Of a DNA stretch of 64,000 bases, positions 50,402 to 59,406 are shown in pieces. Source of the DNA: an uncultured Chloroflexia bacterium (lineage in GTDB: Bacteria > Chloroflexota > Limnocylindria > Limnocylindrales > CSP1-4). The stretch's first letter is position 1, and every line of letters begins with the position of its first letter. The DNA is taken from positions 67,733-131,732 of the forward strand of contig CAVQLA010000008.1 in NCBI GenBank assembly GCA_963713285.1, in the 5' to 3' direction. The notes under the pieces are model-generated. The model saw only the letters and a program-made list of their open reading frames with translations. It ran no database searches and had not been told where the DNA came from. The translations under genes were made by a program, and so were the position numbers.

Positions 50402-50694
50402 CCGGGCCTGCCGGCGAGATCCCGACCCCCGAGCAGCGCGCCGAGCTCGTCGAGGAGGTCGCCCGCGAGATCCTGCTCCACGGCATGACCGGCCCGGCGA
50501 TGCTCTTCCTGCAGGCCAGCATGCCCGACGGGATGGTGCCGGGCAGCGCGATGCTCTTCTTCGATCCCGTGCTGCGCCGGCTCTTCGGTGACGCGAACAC
50601 GCCCGCATCTGCGATCCTCGCCGACGAGCTCGGGATCGAGCAGCTCATCGATCGGCTCGAGGAGCTCGACGAGGACGTGAGCTGGGACGCGTGA
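50398..50694 (+). CDS. hypothetical 98-aa protein (no recognisable domain)
   Basis: GTG overlaps the macro stop (GTGTGA). Stop overlaps the start of the next gene. Acidic C-terminus (EELDEDVSWDA). Confidence 0.4.
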   Translation: MTGPAGEIPTPEQRAELVEEVAREILLHGMTGPAMLFLQASMPDGMVPGSAMLFFDPVLRRLFGDANTPASAILADELGIEQLIDRLEELDEDVSWDA

Positions 50695-52367
50695 CCCAGG
50701 CGGCCCCCCCGGAGGGCGCGACCGGGGCGGCGCCGACGGCCGCGCTGGACCTGCGGGTCGGCGCCTTCGCGACCCTGGACCGGGGCACGGCCACCTGCGC
50801 GGCCGCGCTCGTCGGGCGGGTTGCCGGACGCCGGCGCCTCCTCGTCGCGGCGGCCGTGCCCGCGGGAGCCGATCCGGACGAGCTGGTCGCGGTCCTCTCC
50901 GCCAGGGTCCGGGTCGCCGATCGGGCGCTCGCCGACGAGCTCGGGCTCGCGCCGGACGACGCCGGCTCCGACGTCGGCGCCCGGGGCGAGCCCCCGGCGG
51001 CGCTTCCCCGGATCCAGGCAATCGGCAGCCCTGCCCCCCTCGCGGCCGTCGTGGCGGCGACGGAGGAGACCCGCCGCCGCCTCGACGCCGACGCCAGCGC
51101 CGCCGGCTGGCGCACCGTCGGCGCCAGCGCGGAGCGTGACGACCCGCTGGCAGTGACGCGCCTCGCCACGCGCCCCGACGTCTCCACCCTCATCGTCGGG
51201 ACGGGCGACCCTGCCAGCGTGGACGAGCGGGACCTCCTCGGGGAGCTGGTTGCGCTCGCCGCGGGGATCGCGGAGCGCCGACAGGACCTGGGCGTCGTCC
51301 TCGTCGGCGCCGTCGCGTCCCGCGCCGCGGACTTCCCCCTCGCGACCGCCGTGCTGCTGGTGCCCAGGCCGCACGGCGACCCCGCCACGGACCTCCGGGG
51401 GATCCTCGCCGCCCACCGGGCGGGCCCGGGCGACCCACGCCAGGCGTTGGCCGCCGTGACCGGGACCATCGCCGAGGTGCTCGACCTCCGCGTGGAGCTT
51501 CTCGACATCGGCATGAGCGGCGCGCTGCGGGCGCGGGCGGAGCCCGGCCCGCGGGCCGGGGACCCCGCCCGGGTCGTCGCCGTGGAGGTGCCGGATGCCG
51601 TCCTGGGGTTGGCCGACGACGACGCCGCCCTCGACCGCGTCGAGGCGTGGGCGACGCTCGGCATCGATCGCGCGCGCCTGCGGGACCGGCTCGCGGAGCT
51701 TCGCCTGAGCCCGTGGGTCGACCTCGGCGGCGAGGGGGCGCTGCTGCGCGCCGCGGCGCTGCGCGCCGCCCTCGAACGCCTCGACGCCGTCACCGCGGCG
51801 GAGCTGGGCGGGCCGGCCCCCGACCTGGTGGTCCTGGCCGGTGGGTCCTGGTCGGCGATCCCGGCCCCGGCGGCCCTCCTCGTCCTGGCGGATGGCCTGC
51901 GCCGGCCGGGTGTCGTCCAGGTCGCTCTCGACCCGGCTCGCCTCCTCGCCCCGCTCGGGACGATCGAGGACGACGATGAGCGCCGCGCGCTGCTCGGCGA
52001 CCTGGTCGGCGATGCGCTCGTGCCGCTCGGCACGCTCGCGGTCGCCCGCGGGATCCGCGGCGGTCGCGCGGCCGGCCATCTCCGGCTCGTCGCCCGCGAG
52101 GCGCCCGTCGACCTCGCCCTTGCCGCGGGCCGGCTCGGCCTCGTCGACCTGCCTCCCGGAGAGGCCGGAGAGGCGAGCCTTGCCTTCCGCTCGCCGGTCG
52201 ACCTCGGCGTACGAGGCCGGCGCTTCGCCGTCCCCGCGACCGGCGGCCTCGCCGGCCTCGTCGTGGATCTGCGCGACATCCCGCTGCGGCTCCCGGAGCG
52301 CGCGGACGAGCGCCGGGACCTCCTCGCCGGCTGGGAGGCTGCGCTCTGGCCGGAGCGCGACCGGTGA
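50691..52367 (+). CDS. hypothetical 558-aa Ala/Leu/Arg-rich protein; weak resemblance to ASKHA (actin/Hsp70-like ATPase) motifs
   Basis: LDRGTATCAAALVG resembles a phosphate-1 motif. STLIVGTGDPAS and DLVVLAGGSWSAIPAP resemble phosphate-2/adenosine motifs. Translationally coupled on both sides. Confidence 0.45.
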   Translation: MTQAAPPEGATGAAPTAALDLRVGAFATLDRGTATCAAALVGRVAGRRRLLVAAAVPAGADPDELVAVLSARVRVADRALADELGLAPDDAGSDVGARGEPPAALPRIQAIGSPAPLAAVVAATEETRRRLDADASAAGWRTVGASAERDDPLAVTRLATRPDVSTLIVGTGDPASVDERDLLGELVALAAGIAERRQDLGVVLVGAVASRAADFPLATAVLLVPRPHGDPATDLRGILAAHRAGPGDPRQALAAVTGTIAEVLDLRVELLDIGMSGALRARAEPGPRAGDPARVVAVEVPDAVLGLADDDAALDRVEAWATLGIDRARLRDRLAELRLSPWVDLGGEGALLRAAALRAALERLDAVTAAELGGPAPDLVVLAGGSWSAIPAPAALLVLADGLRRPGVVQVALDPARLLAPLGTIEDDDERRALLGDLVGDALVPLGTLAVARGIRGGRAAGHLRLVAREAPVDLALAAGRLGLVDLPPGEAGEASLAFRSPVDLGVRGRRFAVPATGGLAGLVVDLRDIPLRLPERADERRDLLAGWEAALWPERDR

Positions 52368-53347
52368 ACGGCCTCGCGCTCGTGCCCACGCGCCGGCTGC
52401 TCGTGGAGCGGCCGCGCGTGGTCGTCCCCCTGCTGCCCGGCGACCGGGTCGTCGTCACCATCGGAGCGTCGGTCGTCCCCGGCGACCTGCTGGCGGAGCG
52501 CGTTCGCGATCCGCGCCTCGTCGAGACCGGCGACGGCGACAGTGGTTCCGGGACCACGCATCCGGGCTCCTGGGTCGCCGCGGAAGCCGGCCGGCGCGGC
52601 ACCGCGCCGGCCGGCGAGCTTCTCTTCGAGCACGGGGGGCGGCGTCGCATCGCGACGGGCCCGCATCCCGATCTCGTCGCAGCCCCGGGCGCGGGCAGGG
52701 TGACGGCGATCCACCCGGGTGTCGAGATCGTGCTCGAGCTCGAGGGTGTCGGCATCCCCGGGTGCGAGCTGCTCGGCGATCCTGGGCACGGCCGCCTGGC
52801 GTTGCTGCCGGGCGACGGGGACGGGCGCGTCCCGCTCGACGTGGCTCATGCCGGCGCGATCGTCGTCTTCCCGGGGCGCGCGGACGCCGAGACGCTCACC
52901 CGCGCCCGGGCCATGGGCATCGCCGGGGCGGTGGTGCCGGCGCTCGCCGAGCGCGATCGGCGCGACGTCGTGGCCTCCGAGGCGCGCCAGCGGGCCGGCC
53001 TCCATCGCCTCGCCCCCTTCCCGGTGCTCGTCGTCGACGGCTACCTGCGTCGCCCCCTGGCGAGCCCCGTGCGCGAGATCCTCGCCGGCCTCGCGGGGGT
53101 CGAGGTCGGGCTCGTGGGTGGGCCGCCCCTGCTGATCGCGCCCGTGGCCGAGGGCGAGGTCGCCCGACCGGACGTGGAGCTCGTGCGGGTGCGGGGCGGC
53201 TCCGAGGTGGGTCGCGAGGGCCGGTTCCTGGGCCTCGCCGGCCCCCGGCGCCTGCCGGGTGGCGTGGTCGCCGAGGCGGGCCGCGTGCACCTCGACGACG
53301 GCCGCGACGTCGTCATCGCGCTCGGTGACCTCGAGCGCTTCGTCTAA
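52364..53347 (+). CDS. hypothetical 327-aa protein (no recognisable domain)
   Basis: GTGA overlap with the previous gene. Gly/Val/Pro-rich. Followed by a hairpin, then tsaE. Confidence 0.4.
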   Translation: MNGLALVPTRRLLVERPRVVVPLLPGDRVVVTIGASVVPGDLLAERVRDPRLVETGDGDSGSGTTHPGSWVAAEAGRRGTAPAGELLFEHGGRRRIATGPHPDLVAAPGAGRVTAIHPGVEIVLELEGVGIPGCELLGDPGHGRLALLPGDGDGRVPLDVAHAGAIVVFPGRADAETLTRARAMGIAGAVVPALAERDRRDVVASEARQRAGLHRLAPFPVLVVDGYLRRPLASPVREILAGLAGVEVGLVGGPPLLIAPVAEGEVARPDVELVRVRGGSEVGREGRFLGLAGPRRLPGGVVAEAGRVHLDDGRDVVIALGDLERFV

Positions 53348-53429
53348 GGGGGCCCGCCCCGCGGCGGCGGATCGCGGGCCGGTTCGTGTGCGGGTCCTCG
53401 GACCCCGGCGCTTCTTGTAGGCTCTTGCG

Positions 53430-53900
53430 GTGACACCGCCCTCCGCCGCCGTCCGGCGGACCAGCCCCTCGGCCGCCGCGACGCGCGCCCTCGGCGTGCG
53501 CCTCGGCGCAGCCGCCGCCGCCGGCGACGTGATCGCCCTGGTGGGTCCGCTCGGCGCCGGCAAGACCGAGCTGGCGCGCGGGATCGCGCGGGGCCTCGAC
53601 GTCGAGGAGCCGATCACGTCCCCGACCTTCATCCTGGTCGCCGAGCACCCCGGGCGCGCGACGCTCTTCCACGTCGACTGCTACCGCCTCGCCGGTGCGG
53701 CCGACGCCCTGGCCGCGGGGATCCTCGACGAGCGCGCGGCGGAGGGCGTCACCGTCGTCGAGTGGGCCGACCGGATCGGCGCGGCCCTGCCGCCGGGACG
53801 CCTGGAGATCGTGATCGACGGCGCCGGCGATGAGCCCCGCACGCTCGACCTGCGGGCGACGGACGCCCGCCACGCGCGCCTGCTGGAGGCCGTGGCGTGA
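53430..53900 (+). CDS. tsaE: tRNA threonylcarbamoyladenosine biosynthesis protein TsaE
   Basis: Walker A GPLGAGKT. TsaE/YjeE family. Confidence 0.85.
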   Translation: MTPPSAAVRRTSPSAAATRALGVRLGAAAAAGDVIALVGPLGAGKTELARGIARGLDVEEPITSPTFILVAEHPGRATLFHVDCYRLAGAADALAAGILDERAAEGVTVVEWADRIGAALPPGRLEIVIDGAGDEPRTLDLRATDARHARLLEAVA

Positions 53901-54628
53901 CGGGCCGGCCGGTCGCCGGGACCGCAGCGCCCTTCCTCGCGATCGACACCGCGACGTCGACGGCGGTGCTGGCGCTGGGCGCCCGCGACGGGACGCTCCT
54001 CGCCGCGGATGCGTGGGAGGCCGGGCATCGCCACGCGGAGGAGTTGCTCTCCCGGATCGCGGCCCTGCTGAGCGCGGCCGGGATCGGGCGTCCCGGACCG
54101 GGGGCGCTGGCGGGCGTGGTCGTCGGGACCGGGCCGGGCGGCTTCACCGGCCTCCGGGTGGGGCTTGCGACGGCCCGCGGGATCGCCCGGGCGAGCGGCG
54201 CGCCGCTGATCGGCGTGCCGACAGGGGTTGCGCTCGCCGCCGCCGCGCGGACGGGGGGAGTCGTGGCGCCGGACGCCGCCGTTGCGGTCCTCCTGCCGGC
54301 CGGCCCGGCCGGGCGCTACCTCGTGCGCGAGGGGCACGCGGAGCTCGCGCCCGCGGCGGACGGCTCGGCCGGCGAGGACGCCCCCGGCGACTGGTCCCGG
54401 GACGCCGTCCTCGTGGCGGTGGACCTCGCCGGGCGGGCGCCCGCCGACGCCGTGGCCCGCGGCGCGGCCGCGCAGGCAGGCCTTGCGGGGGTGCTCGTCG
54501 CCCTGGGTGCGGCGCGGCTCCGCGCAGGTGAGGACGACGGGGAGACGCTGGCCCCGGAGTACGTGACGCTGCCGCGCGGGGTGGCCGCGGCCGCGGGGGA
54601 GGTGGCATGGTCGCCCGCCCACCCCTGA
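53897..54628 (+). CDS. tsaB: tRNA threonylcarbamoyladenosine biosynthesis protein TsaB
   Basis: LAIDTATSTAVLAL... YeaZ-like inactive Kae1 homologue. Confidence 0.8.
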   Translation: MTGRPVAGTAAPFLAIDTATSTAVLALGARDGTLLAADAWEAGHRHAEELLSRIAALLSAAGIGRPGPGALAGVVVGTGPGGFTGLRVGLATARGIARASGAPLIGVPTGVALAAAARTGGVVAPDAAVAVLLPAGPAGRYLVREGHAELAPAADGSAGEDAPGDWSRDAVLVAVDLAGRAPADAVARGAAAQAGLAGVLVALGAARLRAGEDDGETLAPEYVTLPRGVAAAAGEVAWSPAHP

Positions 54629-55149
54629 GGTTCGTCATCGAACGGATGACGCACGCCGACCTTGCCGCCGTTCAGGCGATCGAGAAGGCGAGCTTCACCA
54701 CGCCTTGGCCGTCGTACGCCTACCGCAACGAGCTCGAGACGAACCGCCTCGCCCACTACCTCGTCGTCCGCGCCGGGCGCGAGGTGATCGCGTACGCCGG
54801 CGTGTGGCTGATGGTCGACGAGGCGCACGTGACCACGTTCGCCGTAGCGCCCGCGTGGCGCCGCCGGCGCATCGGCGAGCGCCTCATCCTCGCCCTCCTC
54901 GACCTGGCCATCGCGCGCGGGGCCCGCGAAGCGACCCTCGAGGTGCGGCTCTCGAACCTGGGGGCGCGCCGGCTCTACGAGAGGTACGGGTTCCGCCCGG
55001 TCGGCATCCGCCCGCGCTACTACAGCGACGACCACGAGGACGCCCTGATCATGACGACGGAGCCGCTGGAGGCGCCGGCGATGGTGGCTCGCCTCGCGAG
55101 GCGGCGTGCCGAGCTTGACGCCCTGCCGGACCCCGAGGCGCCGGCATGA
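54607..55149 (+). CDS. rimI: ribosomal-protein-alanine N-acetyltransferase
   Basis: GNAT fold (…[16 protein letters not shown]…). Conserved tsaB-rimI-tsaD order. Confidence 0.8.
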   Translation: MVARPPLRFVIERMTHADLAAVQAIEKASFTTPWPSYAYRNELETNRLAHYLVVRAGREVIAYAGVWLMVDEAHVTTFAVAPAWRRRRIGERLILALLDLAIARGAREATLEVRLSNLGARRLYERYGFRPVGIRPRYYSDDHEDALIMTTEPLEAPAMVARLARRRAELDALPDPEAPA

Positions 55150-56345
55150 GCCGCGGCGGCGTCGGCGGCGGCAGCAGCAGCGGCCTCCTCCTGGCCGTCG
55201 AGTCCTCGTGCGACGAGACCGGCGTCGCCCTCCTCGACGGTCCCCGCCGGATCGTCGCCCAGGCCGTCGCGAGCCAGGTCGCGCTCCATGCCGGGACCGG
55301 GGGCATCGTGCCGGAGCTCGCCGCGCGGGCGCACCTGCGCTGGATCGATCCGGCTCTCGACGAGGTCCTCGAGGCGGCCGGCGCGACGCTCGCCGACGTG
55401 CGGGCCGTCGCCGTCACGGCCGGCCCGGGGCTCGTCGGCTCGCTGCTCGTCGGCCTCGCGTACGCCAAGGCGGTCGCCTGGTCGCTCGAGGTCCCGCTCG
55501 TCGGGGTCAACCACCTCGAGGGGCACCTGTACGCGGCCTGGCTCCTCGACCCGGGCGAGGCGGAGCGGCCCGAGCCGGCGTTCCCGCTCGTCGCGCTCGT
55601 CGTGTCGGGGGGCCACACGTTCCTCGTCGAGATGCGGGACCACCTTGCCTACCGGCTCCTGGGCGAGACGGTCGACGACGCGGCCGGCGAGGCGTTCGAC
55701 AAGGCCGGGCGCCTCCTCGGCCTGGGCTACCCCGGCGGGCCGGCGATCGCCGCGGCCGCCGCCGACGCGGCCGGGCCGGTCGAGCGCCTGCCGCGGGCCT
55801 GGCTCGGCGACTCGTTCGACTTCAGCTTCTCGGGGCTCAAGACCGCCCTCCGCCGGCTCGTCGAGGCGGAGCTGCACGCGGCCGGCCTGCCGTCGGCGGA
55901 GGACGGCGGGCACCTCCCGGCCGGGCGCGTTGCCGCGCTCGCGGCGGCCTTCCAGGACAGCGTCGTCGACGTCCTGGCCGCCAAGACGCTGCGGGCGACG
56001 GAGGCCACCGGCGCCCGAACGGTCGTGGTCGGCGGCGGAGTGGCATCGAACGAAGCCCTGCGCGCCCGGCTGGCGGCGGGTGCCGCCGCCCTCGGCGTCG
56101 ACCTCGTCATCCCGCGTCCGGGGCTCTGCACGGACAACGGGGCGATGATCGGCGCTGCCGGCGCCCGCCGCCTCGCCGCCGGCGAGCGCGCCGGCCTCGA
56201 CCTCGGCGTCCGCGCGTCGTGGCCGCTCGCCCGCCCGGCCGGCGCCCCGACCTCGCGCCGTCCGCCGACGCGCGGCGCGGCGGCCCGCGCGTATGCCGCG
56301 GCGCGGGACGCGGAGGCGGATGCCGCGGGGCGGGTCACCCGGTGA
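55146..56345 (+). CDS. tsaD: tRNA N6-adenosine threonylcarbamoyltransferase
   Basis: Kae1/TsaD motifs (LAVESSCDETGVAL, GVNHLEGH, VSGGHTFL). Confidence 0.9.
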   Translation: MSRGGVGGGSSSGLLLAVESSCDETGVALLDGPRRIVAQAVASQVALHAGTGGIVPELAARAHLRWIDPALDEVLEAAGATLADVRAVAVTAGPGLVGSLLVGLAYAKAVAWSLEVPLVGVNHLEGHLYAAWLLDPGEAERPEPAFPLVALVVSGGHTFLVEMRDHLAYRLLGETVDDAAGEAFDKAGRLLGLGYPGGPAIAAAAADAAGPVERLPRAWLGDSFDFSFSGLKTALRRLVEAELHAAGLPSAEDGGHLPAGRVAALAAAFQDSVVDVLAAKTLRATEATGARTVVVGGGVASNEALRARLAAGAAALGVDLVIPRPGLCTDNGAMIGAAGARRLAAGERAGLDLGVRASWPLARPAGAPTSRRPPTRGAAARAYAAARDAEADAAGRVTR

Positions 56346-57256
56346 GCGGCACGCGCGCGCCGATCCGCCTCGATCCCGGCGCCGTGCGGCGGACGCTCCG
56401 CGAGGCCGGCCTCCGGGCGCAGCGGCGCTTCTCCCAGAACTTCCTCGTCGACGTGGAGGTCCTCGAGGACATCCTGGCGGCCGCTGCGCCGGCCCCGGAC
56501 CGGCGGGTCCTCGAGATCGGGCCGGGACTGGGGATCCTGACCGGTGGGCTGCTCGGGGCCGGTGCCCGGGTCACCGCCGTAGAGATCGACCGCGGGATGG
56601 TCGCCCACCTGCGCGAGGCCTTCGCCCTCGAGCTCGCGGCCGGCACGCTGATCCTCGTGGAGGGGGACGTGCTCGACGAGGATCTCGCCGCCCTGGTCGC
56701 CGCCCCCTACGACGTCGTGGCGAACCTGCCCTACCACGTGACGAGCCCCGTGCTGCACCGGCTCCTCGGCGGTGAGGCGGGGCCGCGCCCCGAGCGCTGT
56801 GTCCTCATGGTCCAGCGCGAGGTGGCCGAGCGGATCGCGGCACCCCCCGGCGGGATGAGCTATCTCTCGGTGTTCGTCCAGTACCACGCCGCCGCGTCGA
56901 TCGTCCGTCGCGTCCCGCGCGCGGCGTTCGAGCCGGCCCCGGCGGTCGAATCGGCGATCCTCGCGCTCGACGTGCGCGCCCCCGACGCGCTCGGCCGCCT
57001 GCCCGTCGCGATGGAGGACAGCCTCTGGCGGCTCGTGCAGGCCGGCTTCCGCGAGCGGCGCAAGATGCTCCACAACGTGCTGCCGCGCCAGCTGCCGATC
57101 GAGCCGGCCACGGTCGCGGCCGCGCTCGAGGCGGCCGGGATCGACGGCGATCGCCGGCCCCAGACGCTGGGAGTGGGGGAGTGGATCGCCCTGCTGGGCG
57201 CGCTCGGGCCGATCCCGGAGGATCGCCGCGGCCGGCGGTCGGACGCGCCGGGATGA
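56342..57256 (+). CDS. rsmA: 16S rRNA (adenine1518-N6/adenine1519-N6)-dimethyltransferase
   Basis: GQNFLVD, VLEIGPGLGILT, NLPYHVTSP motifs. The track ORF 55106..57256 is an upstream read-through. Confidence 0.9.
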   Translation: MSGTRAPIRLDPGAVRRTLREAGLRAQRRFSQNFLVDVEVLEDILAAAAPAPDRRVLEIGPGLGILTGGLLGAGARVTAVEIDRGMVAHLREAFALELAAGTLILVEGDVLDEDLAALVAAPYDVVANLPYHVTSPVLHRLLGGEAGPRPERCVLMVQREVAERIAAPPGGMSYLSVFVQYHAAASIVRRVPRAAFEPAPAVESAILALDVRAPDALGRLPVAMEDSLWRLVQAGFRERRKMLHNVLPRQLPIEPATVAAALEAAGIDGDRRPQTLGVGEWIALLGALGPIPEDRRGRRSDAPG

Positions 57257-58299
57257 GCGATCCCGTCGGCCGCGTGACGCCGGTCGTGCGCGTGGCCCCC
57301 GCCAAGCTCAACCTGACCCTGGCCATCGTGGGCCGGCGCGCCGACGGCTTCCACGCCCTCCACTCGGTGATGGCGCCGCTCGACCTGGCCGACTGGCTGG
57401 CGCTCAGCCCCGCCCACGGCCCGCGAGACCGGCTGCACGTCGTCGGCCCGGACGGGGCGCCGGAGCCGGAGCTCGGCCCGGCCGAGGACAACCTGGTCCT
57501 GCGGGCGATCCGTGCGGTCCGGGCGGCCGTCCGGTCCGCCGGCGACGACCGGCCCCTGCCCCCCCTGGCGGCTCGCCTCGAGAAGCGGATCCCCGCCGCC
57601 GCCGGCCTCGGCGGCGGCTCGTCGGACGCGGCGGCCGCGCTGGACGGGGCGCTCGAGGCCTGGGGGGCCGGCGACGCGCTCGCCCCGGACACCCGGGCGG
57701 CCCTCGCCGCCTCGCTCGGCTCCGACTGTCCCTTCTTCCTCGCTGGCGGCTGGGCGCTCGTCGAGGGGCGCGGAGAGCAGGTCTCGCCGCTGCCTGCCCC
57801 GCGGGGAGAGGCGCCTGGAGTCCTGCTCGTGACCCCGGCCATCGGCGTGTCGACGCCGGCGGTCTTCGCCCGGTATGCCGCGGGCATCCGTCCCGTGGGG
57901 GCGGCCACGCTGGCGTCGTCGCGCTACCTCGCCGGGGAGCTGCAGGCCGGCCTGACGACGACGCGCCTGATCGAGCGCGCCGGCGTCCTGTCGGTGGCCA
58001 ACGACCTGGTGCCGGCGACGAGCGACCTGGTCCCGGCGCTCACCTCCGCCCGACGAGCGCTGGCCCGGCTGCTGGAACGCCCGGTCGGCCAGTCCGGGTC
58101 GGGCCCGACGCTCTGGGCGCTCTCGCCGTCGAAGGCCGATGCGGTCGGGGACGCGGCCATCGTCCGCGCCGCGCTGGCCGACGGCCTGCTCTCGTTCCCG
58201 GGCGACCGGCCCCCGTTCGTCGCCGCCGCTGCGGTCGTCGGCACCCAGGCGACGAGCGTCGCCACCGTCCATCCACACGCCACCCCGTCGTCCCGATAG
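57253..58299 (+). CDS. ispE: 4-diphosphocytidyl-2-C-methyl-D-erythritol kinase
   Basis: GHMP kinase. APAKLNLTLAIVGRRADGFH and PAAAGLGGGSSDAAA motifs. ATGA overlap with rsmA. Confidence 0.85.
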   Translation: MSDPVGRVTPVVRVAPAKLNLTLAIVGRRADGFHALHSVMAPLDLADWLALSPAHGPRDRLHVVGPDGAPEPELGPAEDNLVLRAIRAVRAAVRSAGDDRPLPPLAARLEKRIPAAAGLGGGSSDAAAALDGALEAWGAGDALAPDTRAALAASLGSDCPFFLAGGWALVEGRGEQVSPLPAPRGEAPGVLLVTPAIGVSTPAVFARYAAGIRPVGAATLASSRYLAGELQAGLTTTRLIERAGVLSVANDLVPATSDLVPALTSARRALARLLERPVGQSGSGPTLWALSPSKADAVGDAAIVRAALADGLLSFPGDRPPFVAAAAVVGTQATSVATVHPHATPSSR

Positions 58300-58317
58300 C
58301 GTCCAAGGAGGATCGCC

Positions 58318-58704
58318 ATGCCCCGCACGCCCGTCGCCACCTCGCTCGCCCCGGCCGCCCTCGGCCCGTACAGCCAGGCCATCGCCGCCGGCGGCTTCCT
58401 GTTCTGCTCCGGCCAGCTCGGCCTCGACCCGGCGACCGGCGAGTTCGCCGGCCCCGACGTCGAGACCCAGGCCGAGCGCGCCCTGGCGAACCTCCGGAAC
58501 GTCCTCGACGCGGCCGGCTGTACCTTCGAGGATGTCGTGAAGACGACGATCTTCCTCGCCGACATGGCCGACTTCGCGGCCGTCAATTCGGTCTACGGAC
58601 GGTTCGTGAGCGACCCGCCGCCGGCCCGCTCCACGGTCCAGGTCGCGGCGCTCCCGAAGGGCGGCCGGGTCGAGATCGAGGCCACCGCCCGCCTGCGCGG
58701 CTGA
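58318..58704 (+). CDS. ridA: RidA/YjgF-family reactive enamine/imine deaminase
   Basis: 128 aa. ALGPYSQA..., TTIFLADMADFAAVN, RSTVQV...LPKGGRVEIEA. Confidence 0.85.
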   Translation: MPRTPVATSLAPAALGPYSQAIAAGGFLFCSGQLGLDPATGEFAGPDVETQAERALANLRNVLDAAGCTFEDVVKTTIFLADMADFAAVNSVYGRFVSDPPPARSTVQVAALPKGGRVEIEATARLRG

Positions 58705-58775
58705 GGCCGCACCTTCAGTCCGATCGATACTTCGTGGAGCTCCGACTACTGCAGCTTCGACCTGTGGAGCGATCC
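58705..58775 (+). pseudogene. relic of the 3' end of a gene paralogous to 59707-60141, left upstream of the first lipoprotein copy
   Basis: ttcgtggagctccgactactgcagcttcgacctgtggagcgatccatga aligns with the last 48 nt of the 59707-60141 gene (…ADYRSFDLWSDP*). The upstream reading frame is destroyed. Confidence 0.4.
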
Positions 58776-59342
58776 ATGAGCACTGCTCGAACCCTTCGTC
58801 TGGCTGCAGGTCTGGCACTCCTCGCTGCGTTGGTGGTCGGCTGCGTCGCGCCCGGTGCGAGCCCGACGCCGGTGCCCTCGCCCGCAGGCTCGGCCACGGC
58901 CGCGCCGTCGCTGGCGACGACCCCGGCCGCCAGCCCCACGCCCGATCTGCGGCCCGTCCCCCTCCCGCCCGGTGGCATCTACTCCGGAGAGGTCGTGGAC
59001 CCGGCCCTCGCCACCCTGCCGCTCGAGGAGGCGCTTGCGATCGGCCGGGCCGTCCCGCCGCTTGCTCCGGAGAACAACTGGATCGGGACGAACCCCGTCG
59101 CCCGCCTGATGACCCTCACCAACAGCCACCCGGAGGACGGCTTCGGGCCGCTCGTCGCCTGGGTGATCGTGACGGACGACGCCGCGCCCTTCGGCGGGAC
59201 CGGCCTTCCCACGACGAGCTCGCCGCCGCCGTACAACGGCACGCTCTCCTGGACCATCGTCGGGATGGACGGCAACGTCCTGGACCACGTTCAGGTCGGA
59301 TACTTCGCGCCGAACAGCCCCCCGCCGTTGCCGCGCGACTGA
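58776..59342 (+). CDS. predicted lipoprotein (copy 1), Pro/Ala/Ser/Thr linker plus globular domain
   Basis: Signal peptide with lipobox L-V-V-G-C. Paralogue at 60138..60704. Confidence 0.6.
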   Translation: MSTARTLRLAAGLALLAALVVGCVAPGASPTPVPSPAGSATAAPSLATTPAASPTPDLRPVPLPPGGIYSGEVVDPALATLPLEEALAIGRAVPPLAPENNWIGTNPVARLMTLTNSHPEDGFGPLVAWVIVTDDAAPFGGTGLPTTSSPPPYNGTLSWTIVGMDGNVLDHVQVGYFAPNSPPPLPRD

Positions 59343-59406
59343 CCCGCCGCGGGCCGGCCGATCGGCCCTTGACCGGGGGTATCGTCGGCGCGACGATGTC
59401 GACCCG

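Noticed and set aside
58734-58775. Upstream GTG start for lipoprotein copy 1 (track ORF start) and equivalent 60096 for copy 2
   Set aside because: The internal ATGs at 58776 and 60138 give canonical lipoprotein signal peptides. The upstream parts are the relic or overlap of the neighbouring gene.
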